Positions 8,703 through 16,103 of a stretch of DNA of 58,507 nucleotides are shown here, piece by piece (the stretch's first letter is position 1; the number at the start of each line of letters is the position of its first letter). The position numbers and the translations under genes are program-made. The DNA comes from an uncultured bacterium (GTDB lineage: Bacteria; Oederibacteriota; Muellerivitia; Muellerivitales; Muellerivitaceae). The stretch covers positions 8,165-66,671 of the forward strand of contig CAZHFP010000001.1 of NCBI GenBank assembly GCA_964531065.1. The letters are read 5' to 3'. The notes below the pieces were generated by a model that saw only the letters and a list, made by a program, of their open reading frames with translations, searched no databases and was not told the DNA's origin.

Positions 8703-9243
8703 TTTGCCGGAAAAAAACACTGGAATCTGGGTTTATTTATCGCTGGTGGGAGTTTTCGTTTTAACGGGCTTTGCCGTTTTTTTAAAGCAACGGGCGACCC
8801 AGGACTCCCGGGTTCCGGCGCAAAATCCTCCGGAAGTTTCCCAACCTCAGCCGGGTTCTTCGAACGCGCCACTCCCCAAAGCGGATGATTCCCTGGTTAA
8901 GAACATCTTTGATGGAACCTTTTCCAAGGAAGTTGGAAAATCAAGTCAGCCCGTTTTGGTTGATTTTTGGGCGACCTGGTGCGGGCCTTGCCGTATGTTT
9001 GGCCCCATCGTGGATCAGCTGGCGAAGGATTACAAAGGCCGCTTGAAGGTTTGCCGGGTGGACGTCGATCAGAATCCAAGGTTGTCACAAACCTTTCAGG
9101 TTCGGGCGATTCCTACCGCCATTTTATTTAAAAATGGAAAAGTGATGCAAATGTGGGTAGGCCTCGTTTCCGAAGAGGAACTCAAGACCGGCGTCAATAA
9201 AGTCCTGAAACGCCCTCAAAAACAAAAACCCGCTGAGTCTTAG
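8692..9243 (+). CDS. Membrane-anchored thioredoxin-domain protein
   Basis: N-terminal TM helix ([20 protein letters not shown]), a Pro/Gln-rich linker, then a thioredoxin fold with [12 protein letters not shown] start is uncertain (8692 or 8704). Confidence 0.8.
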   Translation: MGVNLPEKNTGIWVYLSLVGVFVLTGFAVFLKQRATQDSRVPAQNPPEVSQPQPGSSNAPLPKADDSLVKNIFDGTFSKEVGKSSQPVLVDFWATWCGPCRMFGPIVDQLAKDYKGRLKVCRVDVDQNPRLSQTFQVRAIPTAILFKNGKVMQMWVGLVSEEELKTGVNKVLKRPQKQKPAES

Positions 9244-9313
9244 AAAAATCGAGCGCGCCCTTCTTTTCGCCTCGAATGCCTTATCTTCCCGCACCCGCGG
9301 GGCCACTAAGTGA

Positions 9314-9343
9314 TTGACAGTTTTTCGATGGATTCCTTATACT
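9314..9343 (+). promoter_or_regulatory. Candidate sigma70-type promoter upstream of secDF
   Basis: TTGACA (9314-9319), 18-nt spacer, TATACT (9338-9343), about 45 nt upstream of the secD GTG start. Confidence 0.4.
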
Positions 9344-9389
9344 GCCTCGGCTTTTACGCCTTTTTTAATTTCCGGTTGAAAGGTTTTCA

Positions 9390-10694
9390 GTGACTTTCCA
9401 AAAGTGGATGGCTCTCATCGTGATCGCCCTCGTCGGGGCCTGTCTCTACGCCGTTTATCCGCCCGATAAGAAATTAAAAATGGGTTTGGACATCAAGGGC
9501 GGGCTTCAAATGAACCTTGAAGTGGATCGGGACAAGCTGCAGGGAAAAACCGAGAAGGAAATCTCCGACGCCGCCGATAGGGCGCTGGAAATCCTCCGCA
9601 ACCGCGTGGACGGCCTGGGCATCAGCGAGCCGGTTTTGCAAAGGGAAGGGGCCTATGGCATCGTCATCCAGCTTCCCGGGTTGACCGAGGTGAAACGGGC
9701 CAAAGACATCATCCTTTCCACCGCCCAGCTGGAATTTCGCATGGTTTCCACGACCTACCACCTTTCCGATTATTTGGATAAGGACGGCAAAGTTGACGTC
9801 TCCAAGATTCCTTCGGAAGTTACCTATTTCCCCGGCAAGGAAAAAGCCGATTACCTTTGCGAGAAGGTGCTGCTGACGGGCGAAGCCCTTTCCGACGCCT
9901 ACGTGGATTCGAACTCCTATGGACAGCCCCAAATCGCTTTCAGCTTAAATGTCGATGGCGGCAAGAGGTTTGGCATCATCACGGGCGACAATATCGGCCG
10001 TAATCTGGCCATCATTTTGGATGGAAAAGTATACTCGGCTCCGACGATCCAAAGCCGCATCCCCGGCGGCCACGGTGTTATCACCGGAAGTTTTAGCGAT
10101 GAAGAAGCCAGGGACTTGGCGCTGGTCCTGAGAGCGGGGGCCCTGCCCGCGCCCTTAAAAGTGACAAGCCAATTCGTGGTGGGCCCTACCTTAGGAGCCG
10201 ACTCGGTTCGAAAGGGAACCACCGCCGCCGCTTACGGACTTTTACTGGTTCTTCTTTTCATGGCCATTTACTACCGGGTTTCCGGTCTTATCGCCAACAT
10301 GGGTCTGATCGTCAATATGATTTTGTTGATGGGGATCTTGGCTTACCTGAAGGTGACCATCACCCTGCCGGGTATCGCGGGAATTATCCTGACCTTAGGG
10401 TTATCGGTGGATTCCAACGTTCTTATTTTTGAGCGGATCCGCGAGGAGTTAAAAATCGGCAAGACCGTCCGTGCCGCCATTGAGGCGGGTTACCGAAGGG
10501 CGCTGGTGGCCATTATTGACACCCATGTGACGACGCTTATCTCTGCTGCGGTTCTTTTCCAATTCGGCACAGGCCCGATCAAGGGTTTTGCCGTCAACTT
10601 AAGTCTAGGGGTGGCGCTAAGCTTGTTCACCGCTGTGGTCATTACCAAAATGATTTTTGACGCCCGTAAGGAATATCAAGGACTTAGCATTTAA
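9390..10694 (+). CDS. secD: Protein translocase subunit SecD (short form)
   Basis: N-terminal TM, a periplasmic domain (LGLDIKGG, RVDGLGISEP) and a C-terminal 5-TM SecD/SecF domain. secF follows directly. Confidence 0.9.
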   Translation: MTFQKWMALIVIALVGACLYAVYPPDKKLKMGLDIKGGLQMNLEVDRDKLQGKTEKEISDAADRALEILRNRVDGLGISEPVLQREGAYGIVIQLPGLTEVKRAKDIILSTAQLEFRMVSTTYHLSDYLDKDGKVDVSKIPSEVTYFPGKEKADYLCEKVLLTGEALSDAYVDSNSYGQPQIAFSLNVDGGKRFGIITGDNIGRNLAIILDGKVYSAPTIQSRIPGGHGVITGSFSDEEARDLALVLRAGALPAPLKVTSQFVVGPTLGADSVRKGTTAAAYGLLLVLLFMAIYYRVSGLIANMGLIVNMILLMGILAYLKVTITLPGIAGIILTLGLSVDSNVLIFERIREELKIGKTVRAAIEAGYRRALVAIIDTHVTTLISAAVLFQFGTGPIKGFAVNLSLGVALSLFTAVVITKMIFDARKEYQGLSI

Positions 10695-10706
10695 GAAAGG
10701 TTGACC

Positions 10707-11642
10707 ATGTTCCGCTGGTTTAATGAGCCCAAAATAGATTTCATGAAGCCTCGCCGGTTTTTCATGGCGTTGTCCGCCCTGGGCTGCTTGGCGGGCGTCT
10801 ATGCCTGTCTGCTTTTGTGGCAGGGCAAAGCCAAGTTGGGGACCGATTTCGGCGCGGGCGTGATGCTGCGCATGTCCGCCGCTAATGACGTAGGGATCGA
10901 TAAAATCCGTGAATCCCTTAAACAAGAGGGATTTCCTGAGGCCCAGATCCAACAAGTGAAGGATGATAGCGGTAAAGGGTTCAGCCTTGTCATTAAAATC
11001 AAACACGATCCGTCCAAAGAAGTGGGGAGCATCGGAGATGAAGTTTTGGCTTCCTTTAATAAAAATTTTACCGAAGCCCAATTTAAGCTTGAAGGCAGCG
11101 ATGAGGTGGGGCCGGCGGTTTCCCAGAAGCTCCGGGACGACGCCTTTAAAGCCTTTATCATTGCCATGATTGGAATCCTTCTTTATATCGCTTTTCGGTT
11201 TGATTTTCGTTTCGGAGTGGCGGCCATCATCACGACCGTCCATGATATTCTGGTGATCGTTGGGATCGTGATCTTAACGGGCCGGGAATTCAACCTGCTC
11301 CAAGTCACAGCCCTTCTGACTCTTGCCGGATATTCTTTGAATGACACGGTCGTGACTTTCGACCGTATCCGAGAAAACCTGAAATTCCTGCTCAAAGACC
11401 AGACCTATACCGGGCTCATCAATTTAAGCGTGAACGAGACCTTGAGCCGGACCATTAACACCAGCGGCACGGTCTTTTTAACCCTTTTACCCCTATGCCT
11501 CATCGGCGGCGATACCTTGAAGGATTTTGCCTTTACCCTTCTTTTGGGTGTGGTGGTGGGGACTTACTCCTCAATTTTCGTGGCCAGTCCCATCCTCGTT
11601 GAGTGGAATATCCTGTCAGGCCCCAAAAGCCAGAACAAATAA
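10707..11642 (+). CDS. secF: Protein translocase subunit SecF
   Basis: Has the SecF motif FDRIRENL and multiple TM helices. GAAAGG lies 6 nt upstream of the ATG at 10707; TTG at 10701 is an alternative start. Confidence 0.9.
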   Translation: MFRWFNEPKIDFMKPRRFFMALSALGCLAGVYACLLLWQGKAKLGTDFGAGVMLRMSAANDVGIDKIRESLKQEGFPEAQIQQVKDDSGKGFSLVIKIKHDPSKEVGSIGDEVLASFNKNFTEAQFKLEGSDEVGPAVSQKLRDDAFKAFIIAMIGILLYIAFRFDFRFGVAAIITTVHDILVIVGIVILTGREFNLLQVTALLTLAGYSLNDTVVTFDRIRENLKFLLKDQTYTGLINLSVNETLSRTINTSGTVFLTLLPLCLIGGDTLKDFAFTLLLGVVVGTYSSIFVASPILVEWNILSGPKSQNK

Positions 11643-11687
11643 TCAACCTGTCTTTAAATTCTCTGCTATTTACCGGACAATAAACCC

Positions 11688-12380
11688 ATGTCCAATCCAA
11701 ATGAGTTTTTAGGATCTCTTCAAGAGGTTCGAGGGCGGATCGGTGAAGCTGCCGTCCGATCCCATCGAAAACCGGAAGAGGTGACCCTTCTGGCCGTGAC
11801 TAAAACGTTGTCCGCCGCGACGATCCAAGCGGCCTATGACGCCGGACTGCGGGATTTTGGGGAAAACAGGGTTCAAGAGGCTCTGGAGAAGATGGTTTTG
11901 CTTCCGCGGGATATTCGCTGGCACCTGATCGGTCAGCTTCAAACCAACAAAATCAATAAAACGCTTGGAAAATTTGTCCTAATCCATTCCGTTGATTCGC
12001 TTCGTTTAGCCGAAGCCCTGTCGTCCCGGATCCAGGGGGAGAAGCAGGACGTGCTTTTGGAAGTCAACACCTCCGGTGAAGCGAGCAAATCGGGAACCGC
12101 CCCGGAAGAGGCGGAGGCAGCGGCTGAAAAAATATCCAAGTGTCCAGGCCTTCAGTTGAGAGGTTTGATGACTGTCGGACCCTTAACCGACAATATCCAA
12201 CGGCAAAGGGAAGCCTTTAAAACTCTCAAGGGATTGTTCGACTCACTTCGGGGCAAAAAAAAATGGGAGGAAAACTTCTCGATCCTTTCCATGGGGATGA
12301 GTGGTGATTTTGAGAGTGCCATCGAAGAAGGCTCCACTCTGGTCCGGGTCGGCACGGCCCTCTTCGGATCTCGGGGCTGA
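11688..12380 (+). CDS. yggS: YggS-family pyridoxal-phosphate homeostasis protein
   Basis: LLAVTKT (PLP lysine), HLIGQLQTNK and LSMGMSGDFE.AIE.GST.VRVGTALFG motifs. Sits in conserved yggS-proC-yggT synteny. Confidence 0.85.
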   Translation: MSNPNEFLGSLQEVRGRIGEAAVRSHRKPEEVTLLAVTKTLSAATIQAAYDAGLRDFGENRVQEALEKMVLLPRDIRWHLIGQLQTNKINKTLGKFVLIHSVDSLRLAEALSSRIQGEKQDVLLEVNTSGEASKSGTAPEEAEAAAEKISKCPGLQLRGLMTVGPLTDNIQRQREAFKTLKGLFDSLRGKKKWEENFSILSMGMSGDFESAIEEGSTLVRVGTALFGSRG

Positions 12381-12416
12381 AAAAAGGTTTCGAAACAGCC
12401 CTTTCGCCGGTAAAAT

Positions 12417-13265
12417 GTGGGAACTCGGAAAAAGGAACGGCTCGTGAAAGTAAAACAAAAAACGGTTATCTTCGGGATCGGCGCCATGGGCGGCGCACTG
12501 GTCAAGGGTTGGATCTCTTCCAAGATGATATCCCCTTCCGATATCACAGCGGTGGATCTGGACCCTGAAAAACTTAAGAAGACGGCCAAACAGTTCAAAA
12601 TCAAAACGACATCCGAACCTTCAAAAGCTTTAAAGGGCGCCGGCTTGATTCTTTTGGCAGTGAAGCCCCAGCAGATGGGTGAACTTCTGGCGGGCGCGGG
12701 GGTCCTGTTTCCGCCGAAAGCCCTGATCGTTTCTATCGCGGCGGGAGTTTCCACGGTTCAAATCGAAAAGGGCCTTCCGCAGGGATGCCCCGTGGTGCGG
12801 GTTATGCCCAACACCCCCGCTTTGTTAGGGGCTGGCATGGCCGCGGCCGCTCCCGGCAGCCGGGCCAAGGCTTCCCATGTGAAACTGGCTTTGTCTCTTT
12901 TCGGTGCCGTTGGGAAATCCGTCCAGGTGACGGAGGACCAAATGGACATGGTCACCGCTGTTTCGGGAAGCGGGCCCGCCTATATTTTTCATCTGATTGA
13001 AGTGATGAACGAAGCGGCGGTGAAGGGCGGGCTCGACCCCGCTGTCGCGGAACAGTTGGTCGCCCAAACCGTTTACGGAGCTGCCCGGATGGTTTTGGAA
13101 ACCGGTAAGACGCCGGAACAGTTAAGGATTCAAGTAACCTCTCCGGGTGGCACAACCCAGGCCGCCTTGGAAATAATGGCTCAAAAGGGATTCCGGGAAA
13201 CCATTCATGCCGCTATTGCGGCCGCAGCCAAGCGCGGCGCTGAGTTGCGGCAAGGAAGCAAATAA
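12417..13265 (+). CDS. proC: Pyrroline-5-carboxylate reductase
   Basis: GIGAMGGAL Rossmann motif, VRVMPNTPAL, and the C-terminal VTSPGGTT P5CR signature. The start could be the GTG at 12444. Confidence 0.9.
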   Translation: MGTRKKERLVKVKQKTVIFGIGAMGGALVKGWISSKMISPSDITAVDLDPEKLKKTAKQFKIKTTSEPSKALKGAGLILLAVKPQQMGELLAGAGVLFPPKALIVSIAAGVSTVQIEKGLPQGCPVVRVMPNTPALLGAGMAAAAPGSRAKASHVKLALSLFGAVGKSVQVTEDQMDMVTAVSGSGPAYIFHLIEVMNEAAVKGGLDPAVAEQLVAQTVYGAARMVLETGKTPEQLRIQVTSPGGTTQAALEIMAQKGFRETIHAAIAAAAKRGAELRQGSK

Positions 13266-13266
13266 A

Positions 13267-13560
13267 TTGGGATATTTCATAGCGGATACCGCTTATCTTT
13301 TAGCCCTCCTTTTGGACTTGGCGGCTTTGGGCTTGCTATTGGAATGGGCCCTCCATTACCTTCCCGGCGGAGGATTGAATTCCCTCCGGAAAGTTTTATT
13401 TCAAGCGGTTTTTCCATTGTTGAAATGGAGCGATTCTTACTTGCCGGTTAAATGGGGCGCTTTTAGTTCCCGGGGGCTGATCATGGCGGCTCTACTGCTG
13501 TTGATCGTGCACTATGGGATTCCCTATCTGGTTTGGGTAAGTTATTTCTTGCGCGGTTGA
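13267..13560 (+). CDS. yggT: YggT-family small membrane protein
   Basis: TTG lies 1 nt after the proC stop. About 97 aa with two hydrophobic segments, in the position after yggS-proC. The ORF-track N-terminus (13207) overlaps proC and is probably spurious. Confidence 0.55.
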   Translation: MGYFIADTAYLLALLLDLAALGLLLEWALHYLPGGGLNSLRKVLFQAVFPLLKWSDSYLPVKWGAFSSRGLIMAALLLLIVHYGIPYLVWVSYFLRG

Positions 13561-13598
13561 TGTTCTGGCATTCTTGAACCTGAAAGGAAGGGGTAAAT

Positions 13599-14426
13599 AT
13601 GGCTGAATTATTCGACCAGATCCAAGAGTCGGTCAAGGAAATCCGAAAAACGACCCAGTCGATCCCCAAGGTAGGAATTATTTTAGGCACGGGATTGGGA
13701 GCCCTGGCCCATGAAATCAAGGATCCGGTCGCCATTCCTTACGGCAAGATCCCTCATTTCCCCCTTTCCACCGTCGAGTCCCACGCGGGGGAACTGGTCT
13801 TTGGAAAGCTGGGCAATACCCCGGTGGTGGCCATGAAGGGCCGGTTTCACCGCTATGAGGGCTATACCCTTCAACAGGTGGCGTTTCCCGTGAGGGTGAT
13901 GAAGGCTTTGGGAATTCAATACCTATTGGTGTCGAACGCTTGCGGAGGAATGAACCGCGCGTACAATCCCGGCGACTTAATGATCATCGAGGACCATGTG
14001 AATTTAATGGGGGACAACCCTCTTATTGGAAAAAATGATGATCGTTTGGGGCCCCGCTGGCCGGACATGATTGAACCCTATTCTAAAGAATTGATTGCTT
14101 TAACCGAAAAAATCGCCTGGGAAAAAAGGATTCCGGTTCAAAAGGGTGTTTATGTGGCGGTCACCGGGCCCAATTTGGAAACGAGGGCCGAATACCGATG
14201 GCTGTCGACCTTCGCGGATGTGGTGGGGATGTCCACGGTACCGGAAGTGGTGGCGGCGGTCCATAGCGGGTTAAAAGTATTGGGAATATCCGTGGTCACG
14301 GATAAATGCATCGCGGACACCTTGGAACCGGCGGATATCCAAAAAATTATCAAGCACGCCCAGGAAGCCGAGCCCAAACTGACGATTTTGATGAAGGAAG
14401 TCGCCATCGCGTTGGAAAAAAAATGA
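13599..14426 (+). CDS. punA: Purine nucleoside phosphorylase (PunA/PupG type, trimeric PNP family)
   Basis: VGIILGTGLG, HFP.STV.SHAGELVFG, GRFHRYEGY and VGMSTVPEV motifs. Confidence 0.8.
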   Translation: MAELFDQIQESVKEIRKTTQSIPKVGIILGTGLGALAHEIKDPVAIPYGKIPHFPLSTVESHAGELVFGKLGNTPVVAMKGRFHRYEGYTLQQVAFPVRVMKALGIQYLLVSNACGGMNRAYNPGDLMIIEDHVNLMGDNPLIGKNDDRLGPRWPDMIEPYSKELIALTEKIAWEKRIPVQKGVYVAVTGPNLETRAEYRWLSTFADVVGMSTVPEVVAAVHSGLKVLGISVVTDKCIADTLEPADIQKIIKHAQEAEPKLTILMKEVAIALEKK

Positions 14427-15490
14427 AAAGGCCATTGAAAAAACTACGTCCCATTCGCTGGGAAAGATCCCGGCTTCTTCTTCTGGAACAGCGGCTCCTG
14501 CCCTTTAAGGAAGTCTGGGTTCGCTGCGATTCGGTCGAAATGGTCGCCATGGCGATCGAGGACATGACGGTGCGGGGGGCGCCAGCCATCGGGATCACGG
14601 CGGCTTATGGCGTGGCTTTGGGGGCGGTTCGTTCCAGGGCCAAAACCTCCCAAGCCTTTAAAAAGGAAATAGAAAGGGCCATTGGCCGGCTCCGAAAAAC
14701 CCGGCCTACGGCGGTCAACCTTTTTTGGGCCTTGGACCGGATGGGCCAAAAACTCGGAGCCATGAAGGATCTGGCGGTCGCTGAGCAAAAAAGACTCCTC
14801 GAAAAAGAAGCGGTTCAAATCCACCGGGATGACGAAGCTCTCTGCTCTCGGTTGGGACATTATGGAGCGAAGCTTTTAAAAAAATCTCGGAATGTTTTGA
14901 CCCACTGCAATACGGGGGCATTGGCCACGGGAGGAGATGGAACGGCGCTGGCCGCCATCACCGAAGCCGCGCGAAAAAATAAAAAACTTCACGTCTGGGT
15001 GGACGAGACGAGGCCCTATCTACAGGGGGCCCGCTTGACCGCCTATGAGGTGGCCCACGCGGGAATTGATTTTCACTTGATCACCGATAATATGTCCGCT
15101 TCCTTGATGAAAGCCGGAAAGGTCGACGCGGTCATCGTGGGAGCCGACCGCATTGTGGCGAACGGGGATACCGCGAATAAAATAGGGACCTACGCCCTGG
15201 CGGTTTTGGCGAAAGCCCACGGGATACCCTTTTACGTTTCCGCGCCCACCACCACCCTGGATTTAACTATGAAAACCGGCAGGGAAATCGTGATTGAACA
15301 AAGAAATTCCAAGGAAGTGACCCATCCCCAGGGAATTGCCATTGCTAAAGCCGAATATCCGGTGTATAACCCCGCCTTCGATGTGACGCCGGGGAAACTG
15401 ATTACCGCGATCATTATGGAAAACGGTATTTGTCGGGCGCCCTATCAGCGCTCGCTTCGGAAGGCCCTGGCCTCGGGACTTTATTCCTAA
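14423..15490 (+). CDS. mtnA: S-methyl-5-thioribose-1-phosphate isomerase (eIF-2B alpha/beta/delta-like family)
   Basis: Start MKRPLKKLRPIRWE...LLLLEQRLLP, then MTVRGAPAIGITAAYG and VGADRIVANGDTANKIGTY. The ATG overlaps the punA stop (ATGA). The ORF-track start at 14306 lies inside punA. Confidence 0.85.
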   Translation: MKRPLKKLRPIRWERSRLLLLEQRLLPFKEVWVRCDSVEMVAMAIEDMTVRGAPAIGITAAYGVALGAVRSRAKTSQAFKKEIERAIGRLRKTRPTAVNLFWALDRMGQKLGAMKDLAVAEQKRLLEKEAVQIHRDDEALCSRLGHYGAKLLKKSRNVLTHCNTGALATGGDGTALAAITEAARKNKKLHVWVDETRPYLQGARLTAYEVAHAGIDFHLITDNMSASLMKAGKVDAVIVGADRIVANGDTANKIGTYALAVLAKAHGIPFYVSAPTTTLDLTMKTGREIVIEQRNSKEVTHPQGIAIAKAEYPVYNPAFDVTPGKLITAIIMENGICRAPYQRSLRKALASGLYS

Positions 15491-15906
15491 TGGAAGGGGA
15501 ATCCTTCGAGGGCCCATTCGCGGATGACCGCTATTGCCTCTGCTGCGGCGAGAAAAATCCGATGGGTCTTAAAATGAAGTTTCGGTTTGCGGATGGAAAG
15601 ATTTTTTCGGAGGCGGTGATTCCAAAAGAGTTTCAAGGTTTTTCCGATGTGGTACACGGCGGGGTCTTGGGAACGCTGCTGGACGAGGTGATGGTCAACC
15701 TTTTTTGGCTTCAGGGGGAAAAGGCCGTTACCGTGGAGTACCAGGTGAGATTAAAAGCTCCCTGCCCGGTGAATCAAAAGGTCCATTTGTCGGCTTGGAA
15801 GGTGGAGTCGAAAAGGAACGTCCATTTTACCGCGGCGGAAGCCAGGCTGGAAAATGGCAGTTTGGTCGCGGAAGCCACGGCCAAATGCATGAAGATAAAG
15901 CAGTAA
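15490..15906 (+). CDS. PaaI/hotdog-fold thioesterase-like protein with an N-terminal Cys motif
   Basis: CLCCG near the N-terminus and VHGGVLGTLLDEVM, typical of PaaI-type hotdog proteins. The ATG overlaps the mtnA stop (TAATG). Confidence 0.65.
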   Translation: MEGESFEGPFADDRYCLCCGEKNPMGLKMKFRFADGKIFSEAVIPKEFQGFSDVVHGGVLGTLLDEVMVNLFWLQGEKAVTVEYQVRLKAPCPVNQKVHLSAWKVESKRNVHFTAAEARLENGSLVAEATAKCMKIKQ

Positions 15907-15992
15907 TGCTGTTGCGGTAAATAGGTTTCCTGTTAAACTGTTGTCCGAAAAGAGGCCGATGACGGCCCTAATCTTATTTGGAGGATTCTCGA

Positions 15993-16097
15993 ATGCCTTG
16001 TGGTCGAAAACGCCATCGTGCAAAGATTAAAACCCATAAACGTAAAAAGCACCGTAAAAAGATGCGGGCCTTGCTGCGGCGGCAAGGCAGACTCTAG
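15993..16097 (+). CDS. 34-aa Arg/Lys/His-rich small protein (ribosomal bS22/THX-like, AURKAIP1/COX24-type candidate)
   Basis: Not in the ORF track. GGAGGA RBS at 15980-15985, 7 nt before the ATG. Translation is MPCGRKRHRAKIKTHKRKKHRKKMRALLRRQGRL, with a TAG stop at 16095-16097. Confidence 0.5.
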   Translation: MPCGRKRHRAKIKTHKRKKHRKKMRALLRRQGRL

Positions 16098-16103
16098 TTT
16101 GAC

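Noticed and set aside
14306-14422. N-terminal extensions of ORF-track calls: 14306 for mtnA, and likewise 13207, 15430, 25213, 29855, 39382, 52160, 18364 and 8355.
   Set aside because: The extensions overlap the 3' end of the preceding, well-supported gene or lack an RBS. Internal ATG/GTG/TTG starts with a Shine-Dalgarno sequence, or stop-start overlaps, give N-termini typical of the families.
15948-15975. Short hairpin GGCCG-atga-CGGCC followed by a T-rich stretch, downstream of the thioesterase gene.
   Set aside because: The stem is only 5 bp and the T-tract is interrupted. It is too weak to call a terminator.
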